Assembly: GCF_964355755.1 (NCBI RefSeq) | Contig: NC_092672.1 | Location: forward strand, 29,208,437-29,272,436 | Source of the DNA: Antedon mediterranea | Taxonomy: Eukaryota > Animalia > Echinodermata | Direction: 5' to 3' | DNA: 64,000 nt | Part shown: positions 24,320 through 37,225 of the stretch, piece by piece | Position numbering within the stretch: the stretch's first letter is position 1 | Layout: each line of letters starts with the position of its first letter | Program-made: the position numbers and the translations under genes | The notes under the pieces: model-generated | Database searches by the model: none | Told to the model about the DNA's origin: nothing | The model's input: the letters and a program-made list of their open reading frames with translations, nothing else

Positions 24320-24945
24320 TTAGTTCGAATATAAGGTCATTGCTCTGACCAATGGGAGGAAGGGTGGTGTGTTTGAGGTTGAGGGGGAGGGCCGTTGTTT
24401 TGACATTGGTTGTTTAATTAGTTCGAATATAAGGTCATTGCTCTGACCATAGGAGAAGGTGTGTGTGTTTCGGGGTGGGGGTAGGGGGGTTTTCAGTTAA
24501 TTGTCACAGGTTGTTTACATAGTTAAAATATAAGGTCATTGCTCTGACCAATGGGAGAAAGGGTGGTGTGTGTGTGTTTTGGGTTGAGGGGAGTCAGTTA
24601 ATTGATACAGGTTGTTTAATTAGTTTCGAATATATATGGTCATTGCTCTGACCAATGGGAGGAAGGGTGGTGTGTGTTTTGGGTTGGGGGCGGGAAGGCA
24701 GTTAATTGACACATGTTGTTTAATTAGTTCGAAAATAAGGTAATTGCTCTGACCAATGGGAGGAAGCAGTGGTGTGTGTTTGAAGGTGGGGGTAGTGGGG
24801 TTTACAGTTAATTGACACAGGTTGTTTAATTAGTTCGAATATAAGGTCATTGCTCTGACCAATTGGAGGAAGCAGGGGTGTGTGTGTTAGGGGGAAGTTA
24901 ATTGACACAGGTTGTTAGTTAGAATAGAAGGTCATTGCCCTGACA
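24320..24945. repeat. ~100 bp tandem repeat, about 7 units
   Basis: Conserved tagttcgaatataaggtcattgctctgaccaatgggagg at ~24321, 24420, 24520, 24621, 24726, 24831 and 24916, each with a variable G/GT-rich part. Confidence 0.92.
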
Positions 24946-26849
24946 ATTGTGTGGGAGGGAGCAATGAGGTATTATATAACAACAGGATGTAAACAAACAC
25001 CACCATAAGATGGTAGAGGTTGGTACAGTACAATACAGTACTTTAAGATACCCAGAAGTTTCTTGGATATGTGCTACGTTGAAAATATTGTAGACTGACT
25101 GTAAGATCTTTGAATAGCTTTATACTCATTTTGTCTGGGTTGAAACTGTTGTCCATCTCTGTCCAACACAGTAGTTACATCTAAACACTGGTCAATATAA
25201 ATGCATTGGACACATAAGAACCAACATTAGAACTATAGGATTCAGGCATTACTTTTTAAACAGATCTGAATTGATCTTTCCGAAATTAATGTAAAAATCT
25301 AAAATTAACCTCAATGGATAGATAGCATATTTTTGTATTGTAAACTGGGTAGAACAAATTAAACTTAATACTTAAAATTACATACATTTTGAGTTTGAGG
25401 TCGCTGGTAGCTTGAGATTTCCCAACTATATATAAATATTAATTTTTATGTTGAATGAGGCCTAAGGTCTGTGATTCTAGGCATGATATTGATATAACAA
25501 TAGAATTTTGATGTTTTCAAGTAATTTGAGGGGGAAGAAAATGAGATTAGTGAAAAAGCGCGAGATTTGGACAGCTTAAAGTTGGGCCGAAGAGTCCCAT
25601 GCTAGATGTGTGGAACTTGACTAGAAAAAAAAATCAAACAATTTCCCATGAACTCTGATATTAATAGTTTAAAAATGTCTAAATCTAGACGTTTCTATTT
25701 AGTCTTTTGTCAATTAGGCAAATGTAACATTTTGTTTTTGTAGAAATCAACTTCAAATAATTATTGAAACTGACTGTCTTGTTTTCATTCTCAAAATTTG
25801 ACTTTTGTTATTACTGCAGATCGAGCTATTTTTAGATTTAATGAGGAAAGAATAGTTTGTTGTGGACAGCTTTAGAGTGGTGTGACATGCCTTGGATTAC
25901 TACTTAATGTAGTATAATGTAACAGTTAGATTCTATGTTGAAAGTATTGTTCATAAGTTCATGTACAGGTAAAGTCAACTGCAGTGTACATATTTTGACA
26001 TCTCACTGGATGGTTGTGTGACTATTGTTTAGTGTTATAAGAATTACTTCCTGTTTTGATCAACTAATCCATAAACTCATCTCACCCAGTATAGGATCCA
26101 GAATTTTTAAATTAGGGATATAGGGTTAGGGCTTAAAATTTGATTTTAACATGCTTTTCAAGCCCAGATTTTTACAGTGCCATGTTTTTTCCCATAAAAA
26201 TGGCCAAGTTGAAGCTTAAGCAACTGAAAAAAATAGCCTAGTAGTAGATGAAAATAGTCCTGCCTGCTAGCTACTGTAGGTGAAATTCGCTATAACATTG
26301 TCATTACGTTTTAGACCTATTTACTAGTTAAAAATATTAGTATTTTTGCTGTTGGTCTCAAGTTTGAAAAGGGTCCTTTTCAGAAAAAGGGAGTTGTTTT
26401 GAGATTGCGCTTTTACATTGTAATTTTTTAAATGTTCTATTTTTCTTCAAAGATATACCCTTAAGTTTTTGATACCGCCTCTAGACTACTAAACATAACT
26501 ATCCTGTGGGATAGATTAACATAGCAACTCAATACACAATCCCACAAATCCCCAGTTTTAGTGTATAGTTTTTGAATTGGAGAGTATATTCAAGTTACCG
26601 GTACTTAAAAATTGTCTTGAAAAATGGAGGTAACCTACCGTAGGTGGGTCAGGCTGACCCACTGTTGGTAACCAGTTATTTCCTCCAGCCATAGAGATAT
26701 TCTAGTGAACTATAAATATCTCTATGCTCTAGCAGAAACATACATTTAGATTAAAATTTGTCACTACTTCCTGGTTCATGAAATAATGCTCAGATTTCAA
26801 TTTCCATGAACAAAAATAAATATGTAATCTTGATATTTAATAATGAATT

Positions 26850-27116
26850 TAGAATGTAATTGTCCCCAAAAATATGAAAAATTTAAATTTAAAAAATAAG
26901 ACTTTGAATATGCCATTTTATAGTTTTAATAAAGTTAATTAATTTTGTAGAAAAATAGCGAACGAAAAAAAATGAGCATTAAACTGTTAAATTAAACCAA
27001 AATTGCCTGACAGACAATTTGACTTTTTTTGTCCTATTAAATATTATACATTCTTTCATATTAAACAAAAATAATTGTAACAAATTTTTTTTTTAAGGGC
27101 GATAATATAACTTTAA
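26850..27116. mobile_element. Kolobok-like MITE, degenerate copy
   Basis: aatgtaattgtcccc ... gggcgataatataactttaa ends; interior similar to 54720-55055 in the opposite orientation. Confidence 0.5.
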
Positions 27117-27917
27117 CATTTAAAGTAATAACAATTAAAGTAATAAATAGATAAATTCATTGAATATATTTTCATGTTTTTAATTAATTATTGGATTATA
27201 TTTGTACAAATTTAAATAAAAATGGTTAATAGTAAATTATACAATGGTACTATATCACTTAAAACAATGTCTACAATTCTAAGTACTTTGCTTAAAATGT
27301 GGAAATTTTATTAACTTTGTAATATTAATATTTGAAATATATCACTATAATATTTATTGAAAAATACTAGCATTATAACATTTATCCCCATAGAAACAGA
27401 TGTTCTTATTACAATCTGGTCAACTTTAAACTGCACAACATCTCAACCATACACACTGTACATATTAAAGCAATATACATTGAGGGTACGCTTTATTAGT
27501 TTCAAATATCTCGCCATATGCAATAAAATTAGCATCATAAATATTATCATAATTGAGTTTTTTCTCATGTGTGTAGGCACCACATGCTTTGTTTATGTGT
27601 TCTTTATACTTCCGTGACCATAACACATGTTTAGATATTAATAACCATAAGTTGTAATTGTCTTCTTTGGGATTAGTCTATTTTCAAGAGGCCTCGATTG
27701 GATATTCTGTGGATATTATATCGAGATTACTACTGACCTTCGCCGTATGCTGGTATTATCAATTGTGTTGTACATTTAGTGTTGTTAGTTCCTGGACGTT
27801 AGGCTAGAGGATTCACCTACAGGATTTCCTTTCGACATCTGGGACCTGGCTTGCTCTAGCCTGTGGAAGATAGTTTGTTGAGTAGGACATGTGGCAGAAT
27901 CCATCGGCCTGGACAAG

Positions 27918-27988
27918 ATGTCTCCGAATAAGCAACTTGTTCGTAGACATACAGTTGCAACGTTGACATTTCGTGACAAAGATGAGGG
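27918..27988 (+). CDS. PLEKHG5: Candidate alternative first coding exon (MSPNKQLVRRHTVATLTFRDKDEG)
   Basis: aagATG with an upstream in-frame TGA at 27879. Open to GG|GTTTGT in phase 2, matching the exon at 44957. Locally GC-richer than the flanks. Confidence 0.55.
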
Positions 27989-29214
27989 GTTTGTTGGCTT
28001 TCTGGTTATTTTTGAAAACATAAAATAATTTTATTATTTGTAAAATATTACAAAAATCTGAATGAAAGTCTAGATTAAAAAAAAAAAACCAATTAATATT
28101 GAAGAATACATTAAAAAAAAAACATACTGAACAGTATTATCCAACTTGCATGATGGGTAGTATTTTTACAAATTAACTTTAAAATTAAAATGTTTTTTAA
28201 CAAAGGGGTGTGTGATGCAAATCTACAATCTAATATTTCTAATGTGATCATCATACCAAATATCCACCCCTCTTCCTCCTCCCCCAACACGTACTATTGG
28301 ATAGAGAATGGAAGTTATCATTCTGAAATTTCCTAAATTTAACATAAACATGTTTTGATTTAATTTTGTTATTGTTATTTTTTGGTGTTTTTTTTTTTTG
28401 ACACTTTTGTAAATACTGTATGTGATAAAGGCAATATACAGGCTGCAGTCACATGCTCAACGATCGACCAACATAGTGAGCTGTAGGGTTGCGTTTGTAC
28501 GCGACTAAAAATGTATGAAAAAGATAGCTTATCTGATTCTTATAACTAATAAATACAATTGAAATAGAAAATAATCATTAACTTTAATTGCCTGTTTATT
28601 TGCTGTTATTCTTGCCTGCCCTTATTTTGTGTGCTGGTGACACTTATTGTAAAAACTGTACTGATATGGAAAAAGATGCCAAGCCTATCAGATTGTTAGA
28701 AAAGATCAAATGGATCAAAACAGTAAATTCTCAACATTTTCAGTCCTATTTTATTTGTAGGATTAATCACAACAAAGTTTAATACTCAATCTCATCATCA
28801 TTTAATCACGCTGTAAAATACACACAAGATGTAAAATTTGCTTTCCTTTTAATTATTATACAAATATACTACCATAAAGTTTGTTAACCATTTATTTTTA
28901 TTGCACTTTATATTAGACTTTATGTCGGCAATAGATAATATCAATGTATAGTAATAACCGGCAATAAACCCATCTCTGTATAAATAGAAATAGATCAGAT
29001 AAAAGATCTATAAGCAGCTGCTCAGGAAACTGTTAGTATACGAATTGTCAATTATAGTAAGTGTCATTTAAAAAGAATTATTATATAATAATGATAATAT
29101 CTTTTAATATGTAAGATATGATACATTTAGGTGAAGAGCCAGGCCATGAGGAGAGGATTAATATTTAAATATTATGTCATCATCAGCAATGAATAATTTT
29201 CATAAAATTTAATG

Positions 29215-29500
29215 TTTTAATTTAAAAGTTGATTGAACTCTTCAGTTAAAAGGACCATGAAGAATCATCTACTGCAGTTTACTGCAGTAACTATATTTTG
29301 TATACACTAAGGATAAGATTCAATGTTTCAACATTATATAATCATCAACAATAAATAATGTTCATTACATTCAAGTTTTTTACTTAAAATGTTGATTGAA
29401 CTCTTCAGTTAAAAGGGACCACGAAAAATTATCTACTGCAGTTACTGCAGTAACTATATACATTTTGTATACACTAATTACAGGATTCAATATTTCAATA
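29215..29500. repeat. Local ~170 bp tandem duplication
   Basis: gttgattgaactcttcagttaaaagg...tctactgcag...tgtatacactaa occurs at ~29228 and ~29391. Confidence 0.8.
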
Positions 29501-30969
29501 TTATGTCATTTGCGGCAATGAATACGTATTACAACATTTTCTACTGCAGTAACTGCATTATATATTTATCGAACATTGTTACTCTTAAACCAAACCCTTA
29601 TTTATTATAACCTACTGTAAATATGATCAATTGATTTATACATCACATGTTTACATAATTTGCCTTTATAATACTGCACATTTAACTATTGGAAATACAA
29701 GAAAAATGTATAATTCTACCTAAACAAACAATAAGATAAACACTAGTTCTAAATATACTTTTAATTACTATAAACTATAGTATAGATATATCACATTTTC
29801 TGGCCTTGGATTTGCCTATTAAATGAGTTGATATTTGTTTTGTAGCCATATGGCTTAGTTTAATTTCTTGTTCTGACACATTCACTGTAGTCTAGTAAAT
29901 CTAAATTTAATACCTGATAAAATTAAGACATGTATTTTCATATCAAACTGAATATATGATAGCCATCAATAAATAGTATTCAATTATTGTGTCGTTTAAT
30001 TTAACTATTACAAAATGTTTGTATCCTGTCAAAACGTACGTAATATTAAATCTCAAGTTGAACACAGTACTCAACTTTAAACCAAGGAATAGAAGGGAGC
30101 TTTGCGATAACCGATGACCAATCGTTGTGTGATTGGTCGTCGTCTGGACCCAAACCTGTGTCCAGGTGGGAAGTTAAGAAACATGTCCGAACATCTCAGC
30201 ATGCCATTTAACTGGTTATTGCTGTGTAACTGTTAGTTACTGTAGTTATTTCTGTGTAATGGTTGTTTGTGAGACGTCGTTCTGAGCGCATTGCATTTTG
30301 GGTAATATCAAAATTTTTTTTATCGACAACCAACCACTCTGATTTTTTGAGAAAATAACTTTAGCAAAAATGCGTTCAATATAAAATTATATTTTTGATA
30401 ATCTACTTTTAAATAAACGGTTTAGTCAACGCTATGCATTAAAAACAGACCCTATTCAACATGCCTATTCAAAGCAATCATGTTCTGCTTAATTTTCAGC
30501 TATTTAAGATAGAATTTATGTAGCCATGTAACTGTGTGATCCAATTAATTTCTTAAAAAGAGAATTATGTCTGTAATAATATATTCAGCCTTATGTAATT
30601 TCAAGGCAAAATAATTTAATTTTGGAATATAGACTTTCCATCGTGAATATCAGTCAACATTTATTTCATAAAATTCGAAGGAAATCACCTCACATGGACG
30701 AAGAAGTAGGTCACCTGGATCACGGAATAAAATAGAATATATACAAATAGAAATTATTAATAAATATGAATAATTTAAAATAAACTGCCCAAGGAAAAAC
30801 AAATTAATCTGATATAATGTACCTTTCATTTTTTTTAATAATTCTTTTAAAATAACTAATTTAGATTTATAAAACCTTTTAAAGATCAATATTGTAGTAT
30901 AATTTATTTCATTTCCTATATTTTGGATAGTACTGTACAAATAATTGGGTTTTGAACAATACCATGAAA

Positions 30970-31065
30970 GGCCAAGTGATCTAGGACATCTGCATATCAA
31001 GCAGAAGGCTCCAGGTTCGAGTCTTGGTTAGGGCAACTTTTTCTCATTCTCACAGATTTCTTTAT
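30970..31065 (+). mobile_element. tRNA-derived SINE fragment
   Basis: B box ggttcgagtc and downstream tttttctcattctcacagatttc, shared with 2600-2690. Confidence 0.5.
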
Positions 31066-31659
31066 GAGACGTTCTGTTTTGTTTATAATATATACAGTAT
31101 AGTAGTACATAAACAAAAACATAAACAATTTCACCAGGAAATTAACAATAGCATCTTCTACAAAAACAACATAAAATAACAATTTGCACCAATGCTGATG
31201 CAGGTTGAATTGTAGAATTACATATATGGTTTTAATTAGACTATTACAACTGTCATGAATTTGGTTCTTAAATAATAAATAGTGTTTGTGAAGTGGTGAA
31301 GGAAAGAAACAACAAGGTGCTTTAAGAAAGTAGTGAAATGACCCAATTTCTAAGAATTAATATTAAAAATATAAATATTTTATTACTGTATGAAATAATG
31401 GTGTTGATTCATTGTGATCTCAAAGAGACAGTAAAATCTTGTTTGGTTACTCCATTTTATCACGATTAATTGTTTTTTTTTATTATTATTTAATGTTAGT
31501 TACAATATTATTAGCTGATCTGAACCATATTGCTTACATAATTATAGATAAAAAAGTCATAAAGAATAGGAAAAATAAAGTATATATTTTGTATTGATTG
31601 AGATATATTGAGATTGATACATAACATTTTTTAGTTTAACTTATTAAAAATAACTTTAA

Positions 31660-31797
31660 AGCTCTGTCTACACTATCAAACTAGTTTGACCAAAAAAGTG
31701 TGATGTGCCCAAATATGGTAGTGATATGACATCATTATGCCCATATGAACACATCACATTTTCTTGTCACATAAAGTTTCATAGTGTAGACAGAGCT
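31660..31797. mobile_element. PIF/Harbinger-type MITE family B
   Basis: TIR agctctgtctacactat / atagtgtagacagagct, flanked by taa / tca. Confidence 0.85.
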
Positions 31798-32877
31798 TCA
31801 GACAGGAGTATTTTCAAAAGTGGAAACACAAAATGATAGTTGTATCAAAAGGTGTGGCTGGCATTGTACTTTTGAGTATCCTGTTTTTTTAAATCCGATT
31901 TACCGTAATTCTCCATTAATGTACTTTTCATTTGACATCTTTATTCTACAAATGTGTTCTCAGCTATATTTGGAGTTACTCATATTATTTTAACTTTAAA
32001 TAACATTTTTCTTTCATTTTTCAATCTCTCTACTATATCTGGCCTAATGTTTAAAATTAATTTGTATGAAAAAATATAATTTGGTTGCAAAGTCCGTTGG
32101 TCGTTCACTCCTTCTGAAACCAATTAAACTCTCCTATTGGGCAATAAAATAAAGCTATTTAAATGTTAAGTGACATATACAACAATTTAAGTTAAGAAAT
32201 CATGAAAGCTCATTGAAATTGATAGTAAGTTAGTAGATTTAAGTTGTAAATTCTAATGATAAAACAGACCTGGTTTTCAAATTAAACTTAAAACAATAAT
32301 AAACTTAAATAGCACAGCTGTGAAATAACTGATCTTTCTTTATTTTAATTTAGTAATAATTCTCAGCTGCTATATTAATGAATTTCTAGAAAAGTCTAGA
32401 AAAAATCGTATTTTTTTTGTTATGGCATTCTGTGCAGGGGCATGTTTCTGAGCATGTAGTGTTATAATTCTCTATTGGCCACTACACTTTGTTTTGATAC
32501 TTCATGGATACTTCATGGAAAAACCAAAAGAATCATTGTGCTAGGAATTTTTCATAATTCTGTATTATTTCCTTGATAGTTAAATTTGTATATTTATACA
32601 ATATTTCTCTGATTTAGAGGCCTAGTATACAACCTAGCTTTATAATCAAAATGACTACCTTATTACAACTTTATAAAAAGTCGATTAAAAAATCACCATT
32701 ACCACTTGTACCCTCTAACATTAATAATGAAAAGGTCCACTATCAATTAATTAAGTAAGTAAGTACAGCTTTAAAGACCCCTAGCTTAATAACTTTATGA
32801 CTCCCTAGCTAATACAATTTTATAAATTTATTGTATACAGTACTCCTGTAGCATTAAAAAAAAATATTGCCCTCTAA

Positions 32878-33726
32878 GGGCCTGTTTCTATAGAGCAGAG
32901 AATACGGTTTTAAATACCGTTCTTTTCAAGAACCGTTTTTTCTTGCCAGCAGACATGGGTCCCCACAAAAAACCACAAAAAAGAACCGATCTTAAAAACG
33001 GTTTCAAAAACCCCAATTGATTGCGGTCTCGATCGCAAAGAACCGTTCTGAAACCGGTTTCCGTGGAGCAATTTTTAGCTGCAACACAATCGCGGTCTCA
33101 ATTTGACCCCAAAAACTGAACTCTGCAGTCTGCTTCACTGGGACGATTGCGGTCAACTCGCAGTCAAACCCGCGCGATAGGACCTAGTCCTAAGTCATTT
33201 TTATTTCTCTAGATAGTGAGTATTTTATTTAACTAAAAAATGTTGACCGATGCCATTACGAGGTTCGTAAAAAATATGTGAAGGGAAGAAGATGAGGGGA
33301 CTTGTCGGGAGTCGGAAGAAAGACTCACGTAGGCCTACATGTTTTTAAGAATATTGTAAAGCGTGTGAAAGCTAGACGAGTTCAACTTGACAATATCAGA
33401 GGGTGCGACGTACCTATACTTTAACCAAGGACCACAATAACGTTTCAGGTAATAATTCCCCCTTCTATGATGAAATGGATGCTATTTCTTGGGGATCGCG
33501 CTATGCGAAAAAAAGTAAACATGACCTCGATCGATCCAATCGCGCTTCCGCCTAACGAACTGCATTGTGGCGTATATAATGACGTCATTCATAACGAACG
33601 CACATGGACGGAACCGGTTTTATTGGAGTAAAAATTGAGCTGCAACGCGATCTTTATTTATAAACAACAGCCGAAACCGGTTTCCAAAAAACCGTTCTTT
33701 TTTTATTTTTCAATAGAAACAGGCCC
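32878..33726 (+). mobile_element. Non-autonomous PIF/Harbinger element with a Myb/SANT-like (trihelix) gene remnant
   Basis: 13 bp TIR gggcctgtttcta and TAA TSD. Residual peptide RRTYTLTKDHNNVSGNNSPFYDEMDAI(fs)LGDR at ~33403-33500. Confidence 0.85.
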
Positions 33727-34295
33727 TAAGAAACGTTTTTTCCTTGCAAATTTAATCCATTATAAAGTTTAACATTAGACTTAACTGGATCCACTAATCA
33801 GTACAGATTTAGACCCCCTAGCTTGATAACTTTCAAAATAACTCCCTAGCTATTATAAATTTAAGTATGAAATACATCTCCAATATAGGATTCAAGACAG
33901 TTTCATGTAATACTTTCATTAATATCTACATTTAGCCTCTCACTAGAGAAGAAATTCATTTTCATTCTTTCCTCAAGCGTCGTAAGTCGTTTATTCACAA
34001 TGTTGTCTCGTTTTTAATAGAATTTCAGTCATGACGAAGGGATCATTATTCCCACAGGGTACAGACGTTTGCGTAAACAAAGCTTCATGTTTGATGGTGT
34101 ATTGAGAAAAATAAGAGTTAATGAGTTTGCTTTCGTTCCTGTTATATGTCATCTTTTTGTAAACGTTCGTTCACTCAGAATCAAATTTGTGATTTTTTGT
34201 GAACACATGTAGAAATGACACTGTAGAATATTTTACATTATATCGTGATTACTAGAACACATATTGCTTTAAAATAAAGGCTATTACGATGCTTA

Positions 34296-34614
34296 GAGTA
34301 TTGTGGAACAGTGGTTAGAGCATTGGACTTGCAATCAAGAGGTTGCAGGTTCAAGCCCGGTCCGGTCACTGCAGTGTTGAGTCCTTGAGCAAGATTCTTT
34401 ATCCACATTGTTCCTCCCCACCCAGGTGATAGTAATGGTTACCGGTATGTAAAAAGTACTGGGAGGGTAAATCGGACACGTTTGTGCGGGAGGAGTGGCG
34501 TACCCCCCACAAACATACACACTTAGTGGAGTCTGGCCCAAACGCTAAAGAAATGGAGATGGGCACCACGGCCGTTATAGCATCCATTAGCTTAGGTTTC
34601 GCATTTACCTTACC
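34296..34614 (+). mobile_element. Full-length tRNA-derived SINE
   Basis: A box tggaacagtgg, B box ggttcaagccc, gtccttgagcaag...ccacccaggtg central motif, (ttacc)n tail. 12 bp TSD ttacgatgctta / ttacgatcctta. Confidence 0.88.
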
Positions 34615-35029
34615 TTACGATCCTTAAAAATGTTGTTTTTCAATTTATCAACAAGAACAAGAAGATGAAAATCCGCTTATAAATTCTGGGTTAGTACTGT
34701 ATTCAATATTTTAAGTATGACTAGTCTCTATTATTGATGATGTCGGAAATTGCTCTAACTGGGAAATTGATTTAGAATGACCTCATGATGACCTTCCTTC
34801 ATTCATTTAGAAAATTCCTTGATTAAAAAAGTTAAATATATAGGATATCAGAACAATTTGACATTTAAGGACTATATAATACTGATTGTTTAATCTCAGA
34901 AATAGTACAATTTCAATTAATAATTATATTATAATTGTATAAGTCATGGGAAAGGTTTTTCCATTTTACTTGCTTTTAAAATGTTTGTTATTATCATATT
35001 TTCATTTTTTTTTTAAGTTTTAACGGCTT

Positions 35030-35277
35030 TAATTGTGTTTTTGTCCCCAAAAGCATAAAAATGAAAATTGATTTTAAAAGGACTTTGAATATACCATTTC
35101 GCAGTTTTAATAATGCTGACCACTTCCGTAGGGAAAAACTGAATGTTTTCACTCTTCTAGTCAATTTTACAATCAATCAATACAGTAATTGAATAACTAT
35201 ATTATGTGAAATTAAAATGGCATATTCAACAAAAACATTTTAAAAAAGTCATTTTTTTCAGGGGGTCAATGTTTTAA
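35030..35277. mobile_element. Kolobok-like MITE, degenerate copy
   Basis: ttgtccccaaaa ... gggggtcaatgttttaa ends; interior gactttgaatataccattt shared with the 26850 copy. Confidence 0.45.
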
Positions 35278-35796
35278 TGCATACTGTACAAATGATAGAT
35301 TTTTAATTCATACCCAGTTTGTTGTTAAAACTTATTCAAGGCTGTCAACAACGAAAGGAAGGATTTTATTTTATCGATTTTGTATATTATATAAAGTGAT
35401 GGAATGATGAAAGAACAAATGTAAAATAGATGACATATTAATTTTATTTGTGTATTGAAAAATGTAAAATAGATGACTAATCGACGAATCTTACCTTTAG
35501 TTTACGAATCATTTCCTAGAATAAAGAAATAAATATAATTTAAGATTAACAAGAATAGATGTTAACCCTGTGGGTCTACTACGGAATGTTTCAACATCAA
35601 TCATAATGGCAGAATAGAACATTACGCATTTGAACTAATAAGTTAGTCAGATACACAGTACGATTTGCATAATCAGGGTATTCATTAATAAACTATGCTT
35701 TTTTTTTAGTCAAATTTTGTCACATCTCCTCCTCACACACCCTTCCTCTCTAAATCCTCCAATATCAGGAATATCAAATCATTATTGGTCTTTTTT

Positions 35797-36750
35797 AATA
35801 TTTAGTTTTAAAATTAATTGAAAAAATAATGCATAATCGAATTTCTTCCTTTTTAACTAAACATAACATTTTATTTAAAGGCCAATATGGTTTCAGAAAA
35901 AAGTATTCAACAGATCTTGCTTTATTAGATATTTTTGACAAAATTACAATTGCCCTGAGTAAAAATGAGTTTTCTGTTGGCATTTTCCTTGATTTATCTA
36001 AGGCCTTCGATACTATTAACCACGATATTTTAATTCATAAACTTTCAAATTACGGTATCAGAGGCCTTCCTTTAAAACTAATTATTTACAAGAATTGACG
36101 AACGCCATTCCTATAAAACCCGATCCTCTGTTAACAATTATATCCTTGATAATTTAAATGTTAAGGCTCGACGATTTTCTATGTATTATTTTGGTCCCAA
36201 ACTTTGGACTTCACTCTCAAATGAACTTAAACAGAAATCTTCCTTTTCTAGTTTTAAATCTAATTTCAAACACAAAATGGTGTCAGAATATGCTACATAA
36301 TTTTTCGCCTATCTTTTATCCTTATTTTTTTGGTGGTGATACATGGCATTAAATCCTTTACCCTGGTATTCAATAATCTCCGCTACATTGTATCGTTATA
36401 CTTGTTATTATACCATATTTAATTATATTTCATATTGTACTCTAATTGTTATCATTATCCCTTGTATCATTATATTATATAATTGCCTGGTTTATCTTAA
36501 CTTCTATAATTTAAATTTTTTATTTTTTTTTTTATTTTATGTACTTTCACTATTATGTATTCATATTTTAGTCTACTCTGTAGCAATGTTAGTATACTTA
36601 TAGGTATACGGGAGTCACGACTTAAAGTTCAGTGAACTTACTGTGACTTCCATCCACCCACATTTAATATATGTTATGTAAATGTAAATGATATATATAT
36701 ATATAAGTGAGTGGAAAAAAATAAATAAACGAAACGAAACGAAACGAAAC
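35797..36750 (+). mobile_element. 5'-truncated, internally deleted CR1/L2-group (Crack/Daphne-like) LINE
   Basis: RT motifs QYGFR..ST, FLDLSKAFDTINH and LSNYGIRG (35829-36080), then directly the C-terminal RRFSMYYFGPKLWTSL...FK. 3' hairpin at ~36610-36651, then AATAAA and a (cgaaa)n tail. Confidence 0.92.
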
Positions 36751-37225
36751 ATAATACTGAATTGCAGAGACCAGTGTCAACCTAATTTAATCACCGTGGC
36801 AGAGCCCGGTTGATCCAACCCCAAAGTTCAGTTTACACCTCAAAATAAACAGGAAGCGACATACAAAAACGCAGTACACAACACATGTAGTTGTGTGTAA
36901 AGTTGTGTTTCCATATACAAATTCTGGCATCAGACAGGCCGGATTTGAACCCATGCCCATGAGATTGAAATTGGCAATTTTTCAAACCCCCCAAGCTACA
37001 AGTCCATTGATACTAGTATGACATCAAAATATTATGTATGTTGTACAAATATTCATACCAACAGTTATTGATTTATTTTGTTGCACTTGTGTGTCTCATT
37101 CATAAAGCTCAACAAATATTGATTATCATATTACAATGAATCGTGGAACGTTGGTGGATTGAATCCAAGTGTAAAAGCCAGTAAGTGCCTTACTCCACTC
37201 CTCGGACTATAAATAAAATTGATAC

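Noticed and set aside
24320-24945. CRISPR-like repeat/spacer appearance
   Set aside because: The variable parts are mutually homologous G-rich tracts, the context is a eukaryotic intron, and no cas genes are present.
25961-25968. ATGTACAG|GTAAAG as another phase 2 first exon
   Set aside because: Good donor but only two codons and no independent support.
34296-34370. tRNA gene
   Set aside because: A/B boxes are followed by a SINE body, tail and TSD, with no proper acceptor stem or T-run terminator.
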